A stretch of 64,000 nt of DNA, taken from the sequence record MH221129.1. One strand, written 5' to 3'. A model generated the notes under the pieces. That model made no database searches. It was not told where the DNA came from and saw only the letters and a list, made by a program, of their open reading frames with translations. A program made the translations under genes and the position numbers. Each line of letters opens with the position of its first letter. The stretch's first letter is position 1. Shown in pieces: positions 37,001 through 47,071 of the stretch.

Positions 37001-37746
37001 GGCACGACAGTAAGACGTTTATGAAGCGCATCTCCATTGTCTTTGCACGTACCGCGGGTCGTATCACCACTACCTCCGCTCAAAGCAGTTATGCAGGATT
37101 GGCGGTGAACTACGGTAACACCCAGCAGGTGCTGATTGGCTTTGAAGGGTTGGTCGGTTCCGGTGCGAACTGGGATGTTATCAATCCGAGTGTGCAGTTT
37201 AGTCATAGTCGCCAGGCTGACGGTATCCTGTTTAAGGGCACCGTAACCGCGAATGGTGGTATTGTTGACTTTGAACTGTTGCTTAGCAGCACCGCGATGA
37301 CGCTTAAACACACACTTCGTTCAACGGGTCAAACGTGGACGGTGGATTTATCCACTCGCTTACGTCCAGACTATATCGATGTGACGAAGCTGATTAATGA
37401 TCCTAACGTTCCGGTGTATCAAGGGATGGGCGGGTTGTTTGGTGAAGATGCCAGCGTGCTTTTGAACTACACAAACGTGAATAACCTTACTGTGAAAAAC
37501 CGGTACTACGCGACGTTCTTGGACTATGCGTTGAACTACTCTGCACTTTATCGGGCACGGTATTTCGAAGGGATGGTGGCTAATGGTTCGAATATTAGCG
37601 CGATGAACAACTATGTCTTCAACCAGGTTACTTCAGCTGATAAACCTGCTGACCCGGCTAAGATGTTTTTCCCAGTACATCCGTGCAACATGCTGACGTA
37701 CGATATGCCTGGCGCTAGTTCGCGTACAGTAATTATTCGCGATTAA
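34036..37746 (+). CDS. Large tail fibre / baseplate-attached protein 1 (start revised to MAVVPDP)
   Basis: AAGGAG RBS; shared N-terminal module (APFF...GDDY), DNPH motif, Thr/Gly-rich beta repeats. Confidence 0.8.
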   Translation: MAVVPDPHFNIPGNKQTGEAVTPVGTKYRMLFPVHAPFFTTSLVVKSGGKTLKLGDDYVITHPYMTGMERTGYLCHGAVWITNDKYVSNFTMDYHPIGIAEATPAQVTAERELNKDKFPTDNACQWDVVVGTVYFPPVDILFDWENWRGELELMQAIADIGTKIGQLPPIPDPYIGNIYAPAFPNDIMMNGSRQYVTYDDQGGYVAKGNSGTCVVYLSSNDYLLKNYQADTTYALAGYATNVNAKQWWSAPLGYLGSGYNLALEWDSTSLVMKFHITIKNVSYILASFAAPKAWMGGGFRVQFDRSYDADTIAVKVMGKDGTVKMDYKLDFHNPPSELTAALVGIDIIKLVHKGVDFRNSWYVVKGDSWRHTTFPGMTVPDGSDVLTLLKQYQLIVDKLYRDAPAHTHIPRKDNPHRDTWGPIRALELNGIASDATLAYGKTQPQLADYVNNLLPKLSSLANKLLRMPTAAQAINGTFGTKPGLTSVTSAVGTDESGGVGAQFTVDPRVIRFLGRDSATVNAGNNAITFQGGTNQLVLYPDSRGLLWNGKKLLDPTTVGPYLPGNEGGGDNLFYGTTTATVTINGNGIQSVPFICTFVPPTSEDLGLMAVRMLANDFGNAENLAATPALIAKLDALFTGKLVGAKSYVNDMPLTGSIYIDKTNFNLNDVQDIPDTQLPISTLQQAELDKYAVVGHSHNADAFGIKAATTTTFGLVQFGLAVDDATLALDGSEVIRQTTTITDIETVAKTVDSGAAINIIRYGRPGTETIENGITYTGWMATIKANTYFVGLEYDAPLATFNLAEVFPDTHEDNEFGVFVDVQGNDAKYLVLENPNTAETETMTKIGTIVTSEDGIVAVEIHNVTRLGEFRELEDHIANDNAHIKRKMTQEQFGFTYGSGGPVWASGVPGLTRFEGDWRYATASNYRPMSKVTLDDKASKWTFQKTGIGAGNYGFIHHAFPMFTNNGITHTWLSSVAAADSVFESLIGAWHDSKTFMKRISIVFARTAGRITTTSAQSSYAGLAVNYGNTQQVLIGFEGLVGSGANWDVINPSVQFSHSRQADGILFKGTVTANGGIVDFELLLSSTAMTLKHTLRSTGQTWTVDLSTRLRPDYIDVTKLINDPNVPVYQGMGGLFGEDASVLLNYTNVNNLTVKNRYYATFLDYALNYSALYRARYFEGMVANGSNISAMNNYVFNQVTSADKPADPAKMFFPVHPCNMLTYDMPGASSRTVIIRD

Positions 37747-37758
37747 GGAGAACTCTGA

Positions 37759-40700
37759 ATGAAAACGTATCCTTACGATCCTCGGGGCATTAATCCCGAG
37801 TGTCAATTCACTGAGGAACGTATCATCGACTCCGACGATCCTAAAGACCGGGTGGTGATGCTTGATCATCGCCCGTTTTTTGAAGGTCTCGAGGTAAAGC
37901 TCGCCGGTGCATCCATTCCGTTGACACGCGGAAAGGACTATGAACTGGAATACGCGCTGACACCGTTGGATGATTCGGTGACGACCCCCGTGTTTTGTGG
38001 GGTGCAACTTATTAACCCTGATTTACGCGGGGCAGTGGTCTTTACAGGCCAGATGCTCGGGGGTACGTTTTACAGCGGCTTAATTGAAATGCTTGACGAG
38101 TTGGTCAAAGCATTGAACAACCCAACGTCTGCGGATTGGCTGCTGTTGGATGGACGACCATCGCTATATCCGGCGACTCCATCTGCCACCTCTTGGGCGG
38201 ATATGCTCAACAAAAAGTACGTCGCTTCTGCGGTGCATGATGTTGAGTTAGATGCCGGTGCGGCTAACGACGCCATCCGTGAAAAATTAGCCGCGTTGAA
38301 AGACGAAGTTATTGCGTTGGGTGTGGAGATTGAAGCCTTCAACTACCCAGCGCATATTGCGGCGACCAATCCGCACGATACCACTGTCGCGCAGAATGGT
38401 GCTCACCCTGTAGACCTGAAAACCCCGGATACGTTCCTGGCTTACGGGAAGAATCTCCGTACATTAACCGCTGAGATTCGGGCGCTCGGGTTACAGCAGT
38501 CTGATATCGACAAGTACATCTCTAAATGGGTATCGAAAGAATCCAAAGGGGTGTTCACTGCCGCGATTAGTGGCACGCGCGCGCTGTTCCGTTCACCGAA
38601 TGGGGAATCGGAGATTACGTTCTCGACCGACGCGTTTACGTTGAAGTCTAACGGATCGATTATCCTCGCTACCGGGTATATGCCTGGCGATACGGTTACA
38701 CGGTTCATGGAGTGGAAAGCGGGCGTCAATACCCTGCGTATCGAATCCACGGGTTCTGCGTTGGGAATGGACCGTTTGACACTCAACGGGACGACGCTGC
38801 TGACAACCACCGCGTTGATGGGGTATCAGCAAGACCCTGGTACTGGCGGTGGTACAGTCGACCCTGACGATAATAAGCTGTATATCGAAGGGCGTAACGG
38901 CATCACCTTTACTGGTAAAGGGTCAAAAGCTGACCCTGTAACCGGCACGGTGACTGCGACGAAGGCAACCACTACTGCAGCGGGTGTGGTGAAACTGAAG
39001 AAGGGGCCGGGTACTGAAACGTCCGGCGTTGCGGCGACCCCTGATTCGCTGACTACGTACGAAGGTGACTTGTCATCCTACGTGTTAAAAGCCACCCTGT
39101 TAAACAACAAAGCGATGACCGACGGTTCTCGTGTGTTAACGAAAACTGACCTGGGCCTGGGTAACGCGGATAATACCGCCGACCTTGATAAGCCTCTGTC
39201 GGATGCGCTGGCTGAAGCGGTAACTGGTCTTAGCCCGAAAGGGCACCACCACGATTGGTCGGAGCTTGCAATTCCAACCGCCTCACAAACCACTCTGGGT
39301 ATTGCTCGTTACTCAAACAACCAAGCTGGCTTAGCCGCAGGTCGTGGGGTAACTCCTAACGTACTCAACGAGCTGGTTAAGCGTCTGGACGTGGTGGCAG
39401 GTATGCTGGCCAGTGCGAAGGAAAATACAGTTACTGAGTTTGCTGCTGTACGTGGCAAGACCTGGACTGTGGGGGCTTCGAGAACCACTTTAGCGGTCAC
39501 TGACCTGAACTACTTTTATCTGTTCGATGGGCAGAGAAAAGAAGGGACGGTGTCGGGGTCGATTGATCTGCAAACCACACCAATGTTCCAATGGTTCTCT
39601 CCGGATAACCAGATGGAGCGTACGTGGCAGAATGCAGTAATCAACTCCGGGGCGGGGGTGAGCTATACCGGGTTTGAAGCGCCCTTCCCGTTCAATACCC
39701 CCAGAGGCTCTCAGATTGGCTTGACACTCAACGGCATGGGCAACCTGTCCGTTGTAACGGTGTTGGCGAAAACACGCTTACATTGCGTTACAGGCAAGCT
39801 GAAGATATGGGTAAGCGGTGGTGGGGCAGTAACCGTATACGTAGATGGGGAAATCGTAGGGGCTGGGTTAACTCAACCTGCTTATCTCGAGGTGAACGTA
39901 ACGGCAGGATGGGAAGAACATTGCTTAGCGATTAAAGCGGAATGTAACGATGCAGCAAAAGCAGCAGCGGTTCGTTTCGAAGTCAGCGACGGCGATTACC
40001 CACTGTACGCCTCCGGAACACACACCAAGGTTGCTGTGTTGCAAGAGTTCGTTACGCCGATGACCAATCTGCGTCACTACCTCTACGTAAACATGATTAC
40101 CAGTGCGCTGTATTCACGTGCGGAACCTATCCTTGACCCACTGATGAACCTGGAGCGTGGTTACATCGGTTATATCGATGTGCCGAGTACCGGGTTAGTG
40201 GCTGGAGATACGTATACGTTCGACACCACTTTTGACTACGGACCTTCATCCGAGTTGAATGCGCATTTCGATGTTAGAAAAGCGCACGGTGTGGTGAAAA
40301 GCGATTGGTCATTAACCGATAACCTTCGGATGCTCCCACTCAACAAACTCGACCCGTTGCCTACGCAGTGGGTGTTTGCTAAGACACGTTCGAATACGTC
40401 GGGTAGCCATCTGTCTCGTCTTGACCGCGGGTTGTTCAGTTACCACTTCGTTTCTGACACACAAGCCACGCTGGATGTCCAGTTGTTCGTTGCCAACAAA
40501 TACAAAACACCGTATTGCTGGTTTACGCCGTACAACCCAAAAGAGGGTAACCAAGCGACCTTCGAAGGGTCGATAGTAGTCGACGTCGAGAGCACCGAGC
40601 AGCTGACCGATAACAATCGTCAGATTACGTTCATGGCGCTGGCAAAAGCGAACAGCAACACTGCCGCTCACCGGGTACTCGGTTGGCAGAGTGCGGATAA

Positions 40701-41889
40701 CGCTTTAACGTACGGGGTAATCGATAACCTGGCCACGGGCTCAGTGGGGCACAACAGTAAGCGGCTGACTACAACCACGTCACCAATTGCGATTACGCCT
40801 ACGGTCATTAAAGACACAACCGTCACAAATGCCGCTGCACTGGATTATTATCTTGACAACTATGCATTACCTGCGTATATCACGCCGGGATGTCGTTGGT
40901 TGCTGAGATACCGTTACATTGTGGAAACAAGAACGCTCCGCTTGTCGGTGCTGTCTACGGCTCCAGACGTGGCAACTATCCGTGTGCAGGAGCTGGAATA
41001 TGTCTTACCGTTTGATGCGGTGGACTATTTCGATGGTGAAGCGTTGGGTGTGGAAGTGCAAGGTATCGGGGTCAATGAATACGTGACGGTTAACCACGGT
41101 TTAGTAGAACCTAAAACGACCGAGGTAGACATCTCACGTTTCCATTACCTGCGTTCGTTGTTAGAGTCGTACATCGATCGTAGAACCGATACAACGGCGA
41201 GTGGGTTCGAAGACTACACCTCGAAACTGGTGAGCGTCAAGAACTTTGGTGACAACCTCGATTACCCGGTTACGGAGTATATTGTGTTGCCGTCAACCGG
41301 TGAAGGTTATCCTGACATCTCGCATCGTGGTCAACTGCCACTACCTTTCCATCGTCGGATGGTTAATCGTGGTGCAGCAATGCCGGGAATGCCGTCAGGC
41401 TACACCTGGAAAGGGGGTGTGTGGAAGAATGGGTTGATATTATCTTATCGTCCAACGCGTAGTGACGAGTATGTCACCAGAGTTAATGTGACGATGAATT
41501 CTAACTACCCAGGCTACATCGTCGTCGGTTCAGTGGCTGACCCGAAAAATACGGTGGCCTTTAATGGCACCGGTACGGACGAGGTTAACTACGTTGAACT
41601 CGGCGCGAAAAAACCACAGCAGCGTGTTTTCATTGTCTTTACACCGCCTGCAGGTGAAGTACCACCACTGAACGCTACGTTCACCGTGACGGGTATTAAC
41701 CAGCTAGGTAACACCACCTTTATCATGCGTGACACAGTTTCCCTGGACATGCGTTGCGGTGGGGATGTATTGCAGTTGGAGAAACGCAACCCGTACCACA
41801 TCACGAGCGCGGTGTGGACATGGCTGTTGAGTGTATTGGCAACGGAACGCCAAAGTGCAGGCAACAACTCGGGTGAGTGGGCCTCTTAG
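37759..41889 (+). CDS. Large tail fibre protein 2 (1376 aa)
   Basis: AAGGAG RBS; RPFF...GKDY module, TNPH motif, KTDLGLGNADNTADLDKP tail-fibre repeat. Confidence 0.8.
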   Translation: MKTYPYDPRGINPECQFTEERIIDSDDPKDRVVMLDHRPFFEGLEVKLAGASIPLTRGKDYELEYALTPLDDSVTTPVFCGVQLINPDLRGAVVFTGQMLGGTFYSGLIEMLDELVKALNNPTSADWLLLDGRPSLYPATPSATSWADMLNKKYVASAVHDVELDAGAANDAIREKLAALKDEVIALGVEIEAFNYPAHIAATNPHDTTVAQNGAHPVDLKTPDTFLAYGKNLRTLTAEIRALGLQQSDIDKYISKWVSKESKGVFTAAISGTRALFRSPNGESEITFSTDAFTLKSNGSIILATGYMPGDTVTRFMEWKAGVNTLRIESTGSALGMDRLTLNGTTLLTTTALMGYQQDPGTGGGTVDPDDNKLYIEGRNGITFTGKGSKADPVTGTVTATKATTTAAGVVKLKKGPGTETSGVAATPDSLTTYEGDLSSYVLKATLLNNKAMTDGSRVLTKTDLGLGNADNTADLDKPLSDALAEAVTGLSPKGHHHDWSELAIPTASQTTLGIARYSNNQAGLAAGRGVTPNVLNELVKRLDVVAGMLASAKENTVTEFAAVRGKTWTVGASRTTLAVTDLNYFYLFDGQRKEGTVSGSIDLQTTPMFQWFSPDNQMERTWQNAVINSGAGVSYTGFEAPFPFNTPRGSQIGLTLNGMGNLSVVTVLAKTRLHCVTGKLKIWVSGGGAVTVYVDGEIVGAGLTQPAYLEVNVTAGWEEHCLAIKAECNDAAKAAAVRFEVSDGDYPLYASGTHTKVAVLQEFVTPMTNLRHYLYVNMITSALYSRAEPILDPLMNLERGYIGYIDVPSTGLVAGDTYTFDTTFDYGPSSELNAHFDVRKAHGVVKSDWSLTDNLRMLPLNKLDPLPTQWVFAKTRSNTSGSHLSRLDRGLFSYHFVSDTQATLDVQLFVANKYKTPYCWFTPYNPKEGNQATFEGSIVVDVESTEQLTDNNRQITFMALAKANSNTAAHRVLGWQSADNALTYGVIDNLATGSVGHNSKRLTTTTSPIAITPTVIKDTTVTNAAALDYYLDNYALPAYITPGCRWLLRYRYIVETRTLRLSVLSTAPDVATIRVQELEYVLPFDAVDYFDGEALGVEVQGIGVNEYVTVNHGLVEPKTTEVDISRFHYLRSLLESYIDRRTDTTASGFEDYTSKLVSVKNFGDNLDYPVTEYIVLPSTGEGYPDISHRGQLPLPFHRRMVNRGAAMPGMPSGYTWKGGVWKNGLILSYRPTRSDEYVTRVNVTMNSNYPGYIVVGSVADPKNTVAFNGTGTDEVNYVELGAKKPQQRVFIVFTPPAGEVPPLNATFTVTGINQLGNTTFIMRDTVSLDMRCGGDVLQLEKRNPYHITSAVWTWLLSVLATERQSAGNNSGEWAS

Positions 41890-41890
41890 G

Positions 41891-41917
41891 ACGGACTGTC
41901 TACGGACAGTAGTCCGT
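41891..41917 (+). other. Intergenic cUACGg hairpin without U-tract (mRNA stability/processing element?)
   Basis: ACTGTC-TACG-GACAGT with alternative pairing ACGGACT/AGTCCGT. Confidence 0.45.
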
Positions 41918-41981
41918 AGGTAAACCGCCCTTCCTTTTGGGAGGGCGGTCTCCGTTTTATTACAGATTAGGAGTGTTTGCA

Positions 41982-44900
41982 ATGCCGAGAGAAGATGCGG
42001 CGCAGTTTAATGGTACACTAAGTACCCTTACTTACCCGAACAAATATTCGGCGGTGATTCCTGTAGAGGCACCGTTCTATCGTATCGGTTTAACTTTAAC
42101 CGTAACCGACCCAGCAACAAACACGAAACGTAAGTTGATTGAAGGTCTCGACTATTACCTGGGGCATTATTTTAAAGACCAGGCAGAAGCCGAGCAGGAT
42201 GCAATTTACGGCAGCATCATGTTGCTGAACGCAACCAATATTGAGTACGAACTGCTGGCTGTTGGCCGTCAGTATCGTATTCCGGCATCAGAAATCGGCA
42301 AGGCGTTGGTTAAGACCGACCTGAAAGACCCGCGTAACAGCGATTGGGCCGATTTGATGAAATACCCGCCTATCATCGCGCCTATCGATCCTCCGAAGGA
42401 TTTGGACGAAGCTATCCTGCGTGATGAAGTTGTTAAGGCATTGAATGATATCCGTCTGGGGATTATTGCTCGTGCAAGTGAACTGGACGAAGCGTTTACC
42501 GACGTTACTAACCTGATTTTCGAAAACGGGAAGAAGGTTTTTGACGATGAGATGTATCAGCACCACCTGAACATGAACGCGCACCATTACACTTGTGCTG
42601 ATATCCGCGCATTGCCGGTATTAGGTAAAGCCGTAGATGCGACGAAAGCGTTTGGCCGTACCCTGGCTGAGCTGGTTGACTTGATGTCGACGTCTGGCAT
42701 TCAACAAAAACACGTTGACATGTTGCTGGACAACACACTCGGTGATTTGCTGGGGCGTATGCGTGTGCTGAATAACGACGCTATTACGTTCCAGACAACC
42801 ACAGGTCACGTCATCAGTGTGAAGGGTGAGAAGTTCATCATCACTTCACCACAACCGATGTTTTTGAAAGCCGACCAGGATAATAACGATCCGGGGATTG
42901 CGACGGAGTTTAGTGCGGGGTTGAACACACTGTACGTCCACTCTGGGACAGCGGCTAACGTGAAAGCGCCGGTGTATAATGGGGTGTATCTGGTAACCCC
43001 GGATATGGTTGGGTTGTATTTAACCTCAGTAAAAATCCTGCCCGCAAACGCCTATTTTAAATCCAGCGATACGCTGAAGATTTATGGCTCGGGTAAGCAG
43101 ACCAACCGCGTGTACATGAACGCCGAGTTACCAGGCGCAACCACTACGGTAGAAGGGCTGTTTGCAATTACCAATCTGTCCACGTCCGTAGCAGCATCCA
43201 CCGCTATCTCGCAGAAAGCGGTAACCGACCTGAAAGAGTTACTGGATAACTACGTCGATGACACGTACACCATTAACGGTAAAGCGTTCATTAAAGACAG
43301 TAACGGTGAAATGCATCTGACGTTAACGGCTGCCGATTTTGGCGTTGACAAGATGAACAACACCACGCCGTTGGCTAAGCCGGTAACAAACGCACTGAAA
43401 ACGGTGCTGGCCGGGAAGGTGGCGTCTGACCACACCCACACCATTGCCGACTTGGACAACGTGCCGTATGCTTCGACGTCGACGACAGGTCTGGCGAAAC
43501 TGTGGGACGCAATCGACACAACCGCAGATAAGATGGTGACGTCGCGTCAGGGTTTCCTGCTTGACGAGCGCATCAACGAGATGAACGAGAAAATCAGCAC
43601 ACTGCTTCCTGCGTGGACGGTGGGTGGTGCCCAGTACGGGAACCAGAGTTTCTTGCCAATTCCAACCGTCAGTAACTTCGCTGGTTTCGGATTTAACCGT
43701 GCTAATCCGTGGGGTGCAGCACGCTATGAAGCGGGTAATGTCTACATGCTTCGTAACGGCTCTGACGGCCCGGAAGACACTCGGCGTGTTTATTACTGGT
43801 ACGGCAATGTCGACGCGAACAACAAGTTCACCAACACATACCCGACCGCGTTTCCTTATCATCCAGCTGGGATGTCGAAGTTCCCTGGTGTAACGCTGTT
43901 GCGGGTATTAACGGCCAGTGAAGACGTCGGCCTGTTTGAGGGCAGCGACGGGGCGAAGTATTTGGTATTGTTCAACGGTACCATGAACTACGCCAAACAT
44001 TCGGAAGTCTATAAAGTCACCTTCCCGGATCTCACCAGAACTACGGGTGGTGCGCTGACCTATGATTCAGTGATGTCTTTCATCACTGTGGCACTGGCGA
44101 AGACACACGTTGTCTTCATGATGACACACGTTACTAGCGATAGCTTTAAAGTGGGCGGGTGGTCTGTTGCGTTGAACGCATTAAAAGGGACAGACCCGAT
44201 TGCCTTCTCCGTGATACCTCTCAGTTACGCGAAAATGAACGGTGATGTTGCCCAAATTGTTGATGATGGCGCGCCTGAAAACGACAACACCGCAACTACT
44301 CGTTTAGCGTACGTGACCCAGGGTGCCCGTGATAAATGGACTCGAACCCGCACGCCGGTTAACTACCGCCCGTCGTTCTTTAGCGCGGCGAAACTGAATA
44401 ACGTTCGTGTGCGTTCTGAGATGCACTCGTATTTCGCGGACGATAAAAGCGCTTCGTGGTCGGATGCCTGGTCTGTCGTGTACAACGTGGATATCGACAC
44501 GGGTGTATTAACTGTTGAGAACCCACTCTTCCCAGTAGCCATCACCGAGAATAAAATCGAGTTCCCGAACGGAACGCGTTATAAGTCAGTCACTAACCGT
44601 AACATCGGTGTGGCAATTTACGCAAACTTGTTCGCTAACGCCGACTTCATGATTGACTCTTGGAGCGACGTTTACTCGAATAACCCGACGAACATCTCAA
44701 TCACACCGTTAGCAGGTACCGAGTTCTACGACCTGTTAGGAAGTGACACTACGTTGAACGAGTCCAGCAACGTACAGGTGATTGGGGCAGTAGGTTCGGT
44801 CTACAAGCAATACATGCGGGGAATTATCCATTTAGGTGGTGCAGAACGCACGATGTTGTTGCGCTATCTTGCGACCAGCACCTGCATTTCCATGCGTTAC

Positions 44901-47024
44901 GACTTGACCAATAAATACTTCCCTGATGCAGTTGGCTACGGCCCTGATAACTTGCGTGTCGCGCAGGACATCAGTACCTACAACGAGTTCGCTTTGACGC
45001 CGAATGTCTGGAAAGGCAACAAGCTGTACCTGAACGGGCGGGTGATTAATGCGGCGGGAAGTTATCCTTACAAGAATGTCGACGGTACAACCACTTTCAC
45101 CGCAGACCGGATTACCGTGTCTGACGCATTGTGGGCGAGCCTCGAAACCGCGATCGGTGCAGCACTCCCTCTGTGGAATGATGCTGAGACCATCGATAAG
45201 CAGTTCAACGTACACACCTTCGATATCGGAGGTCTGAACGCTGCGTTCTTGGTAGCGACCTGTCGTACCTGGGAAAACGCTGACCATATCCGCGCTTATT
45301 GCCGCACCACTGTCTGGAAAATTCCGATGACGGTGAATAGCGGTAATGTGTCGTTTGGTACAACGGGTTGGGTCGTGGCTGTGCCGGAATGGCGGGATGG
45401 TGAGGCAGCAATCTCACTGATGCGCGATCAAGTGGTGAACTCGAAGTTGGTTGCGCGAGACGACGGGTATGTCATTCAGTTGGGTGCTATATACCGCAGC
45501 GGTGTCGTTGGGGATTCACGTTGGCGTACGTACGTGATGACCTGCGATCAGTCGTTTGACAACTGGACAAACACCATGCGGGCGTTTAATCCGGGGATTG
45601 CTGAGGCTGATTTGTATATTCAGCCAGAAACGGGTTATATCGGCTACACCAAGTGGTTGTATCTGGGCCTGTACGTGGCTGCTGATATTTATCAGAACAC
45701 TTCTCGAACGTTCGCAACTGGAACACCGGTTGAAACGTATCTGGCGGGTGTAAAAACTGCGGAAGGCTGGAACCTGTACATCACCGAGGAAGAGTTGCTG
45801 TCGTTTGGCTCGTCACGTTATACCATCCCGACCTACGGTGTGGACATTCGTGACTTGTATCCAACGAACTACAAGAATCGGACGTTGTACATGCACGCGG
45901 TGCTTAACAACGGTAATCCGGAATACCAACTGCTGGAACAACAGATGCCCGATACGTCAACGCGACTGTACATCGGGTATATGACCAGTGACTCAGAGCG
46001 CATCACGTTCAGTAACTTTGATCGTGTGAAACGTCTGGGTGCAGTTAAACAGCTTCTTGAGCACGAATCTGTTGCCTATCGTCACGATATGGACGTGGGT
46101 CGTGACCAGAAACTGGGCAGACTGGGGCCGTTGTATAAGGAACCTATCGGGGCCATCGCTACGGACTCCTCTCACGGGTATCTCGACAGTCAACAGCTCT
46201 CGAGCGTGGTGGCGGGACAGAAGCGCACCAGAAAAGGCGTCAGCCAGGTGTTTAGCGGATTGTCGCAGGCTTTGATTACTACACAGTCGAATACTGCGTA
46301 CAAATACTGGAAGAAGCCAACGAACATCGTGTCGGTTACGGCGGATGAGAGTGCAGAAGGGGCCGCGTACGGAATGCAGTGGATAGGTGTCCCTCAACCG
46401 GCTGTTGTACCTGCAACAACCGACATGGGCATCCTCGTGCGTGGCAAGTACATTATCCCTGGCACGGTTGGTGATTCCACCGCGTTCGACGTTCGGGTTC
46501 TGCTTCCGTTTGGTTCTTCTGGTACGATCATTAATACCGAAGAGCCTGGGGTCGATGTCGACATGGACAACGATCCTAACGCTCTGGAGACGCCGGCAGA
46601 TGGCAGCGTTGTAACGTTACGACGTTACTCCCCCGCTGGGATTGCGTGTACGATTACGATTCTGGTGGCTATCCCGAAAGACCCGTTAACGGACTTTGGT
46701 CTGCGTGACGTTGCATGGCAAATCGTCGACCTCGGCGGTAATGTGGTGGCGCAAGGTGACGAGTCCAGCTATATCGGGATCGTGCCGTTGGGTACCGCAA
46801 CGCTGGGTACGCCTGTCGTGTTTAATGCTCGCACTTATACCTTTACGGACGTTGATGGTGCTATTCCGTTTGTGACAACTGGCGCAGAAGGGATCGCACC
46901 TGCACTGGTTTCCACTCCACTCGGAAACGGTGATACTGAAATCACGGTCGCTCATCACTTCATGAATGAACGTGGCGAACAAAAGCTTGACGAGGTGCAG
47001 GTCAATCTTATGTTCCGTACCTAA
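41982..47024 (+). CDS. Large tail fibre protein 3 (start revised to MPREDAA)
   Basis: AGGAG RBS; APFY...GLDY module, FGVDKMNNTTPLAKP repeat. Confidence 0.8.
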   Translation: MPREDAAQFNGTLSTLTYPNKYSAVIPVEAPFYRIGLTLTVTDPATNTKRKLIEGLDYYLGHYFKDQAEAEQDAIYGSIMLLNATNIEYELLAVGRQYRIPASEIGKALVKTDLKDPRNSDWADLMKYPPIIAPIDPPKDLDEAILRDEVVKALNDIRLGIIARASELDEAFTDVTNLIFENGKKVFDDEMYQHHLNMNAHHYTCADIRALPVLGKAVDATKAFGRTLAELVDLMSTSGIQQKHVDMLLDNTLGDLLGRMRVLNNDAITFQTTTGHVISVKGEKFIITSPQPMFLKADQDNNDPGIATEFSAGLNTLYVHSGTAANVKAPVYNGVYLVTPDMVGLYLTSVKILPANAYFKSSDTLKIYGSGKQTNRVYMNAELPGATTTVEGLFAITNLSTSVAASTAISQKAVTDLKELLDNYVDDTYTINGKAFIKDSNGEMHLTLTAADFGVDKMNNTTPLAKPVTNALKTVLAGKVASDHTHTIADLDNVPYASTSTTGLAKLWDAIDTTADKMVTSRQGFLLDERINEMNEKISTLLPAWTVGGAQYGNQSFLPIPTVSNFAGFGFNRANPWGAARYEAGNVYMLRNGSDGPEDTRRVYYWYGNVDANNKFTNTYPTAFPYHPAGMSKFPGVTLLRVLTASEDVGLFEGSDGAKYLVLFNGTMNYAKHSEVYKVTFPDLTRTTGGALTYDSVMSFITVALAKTHVVFMMTHVTSDSFKVGGWSVALNALKGTDPIAFSVIPLSYAKMNGDVAQIVDDGAPENDNTATTRLAYVTQGARDKWTRTRTPVNYRPSFFSAAKLNNVRVRSEMHSYFADDKSASWSDAWSVVYNVDIDTGVLTVENPLFPVAITENKIEFPNGTRYKSVTNRNIGVAIYANLFANADFMIDSWSDVYSNNPTNISITPLAGTEFYDLLGSDTTLNESSNVQVIGAVGSVYKQYMRGIIHLGGAERTMLLRYLATSTCISMRYDLTNKYFPDAVGYGPDNLRVAQDISTYNEFALTPNVWKGNKLYLNGRVINAAGSYPYKNVDGTTTFTADRITVSDALWASLETAIGAALPLWNDAETIDKQFNVHTFDIGGLNAAFLVATCRTWENADHIRAYCRTTVWKIPMTVNSGNVSFGTTGWVVAVPEWRDGEAAISLMRDQVVNSKLVARDDGYVIQLGAIYRSGVVGDSRWRTYVMTCDQSFDNWTNTMRAFNPGIAEADLYIQPETGYIGYTKWLYLGLYVAADIYQNTSRTFATGTPVETYLAGVKTAEGWNLYITEEELLSFGSSRYTIPTYGVDIRDLYPTNYKNRTLYMHAVLNNGNPEYQLLEQQMPDTSTRLYIGYMTSDSERITFSNFDRVKRLGAVKQLLEHESVAYRHDMDVGRDQKLGRLGPLYKEPIGAIATDSSHGYLDSQQLSSVVAGQKRTRKGVSQVFSGLSQALITTQSNTAYKYWKKPTNIVSVTADESAEGAAYGMQWIGVPQPAVVPATTDMGILVRGKYIIPGTVGDSTAFDVRVLLPFGSSGTIINTEEPGVDVDMDNDPNALETPADGSVVTLRRYSPAGIACTITILVAIPKDPLTDFGLRDVAWQIVDLGGNVVAQGDESSYIGIVPLGTATLGTPVVFNARTYTFTDVDGAIPFVTTGAEGIAPALVSTPLGNGDTEITVAHHFMNERGEQKLDEVQVNLMFRT

Positions 47025-47071
47025 CAGACAGCGCTATGGGGCATGGACGCCCCAATCAAAGGAGTTTGGCA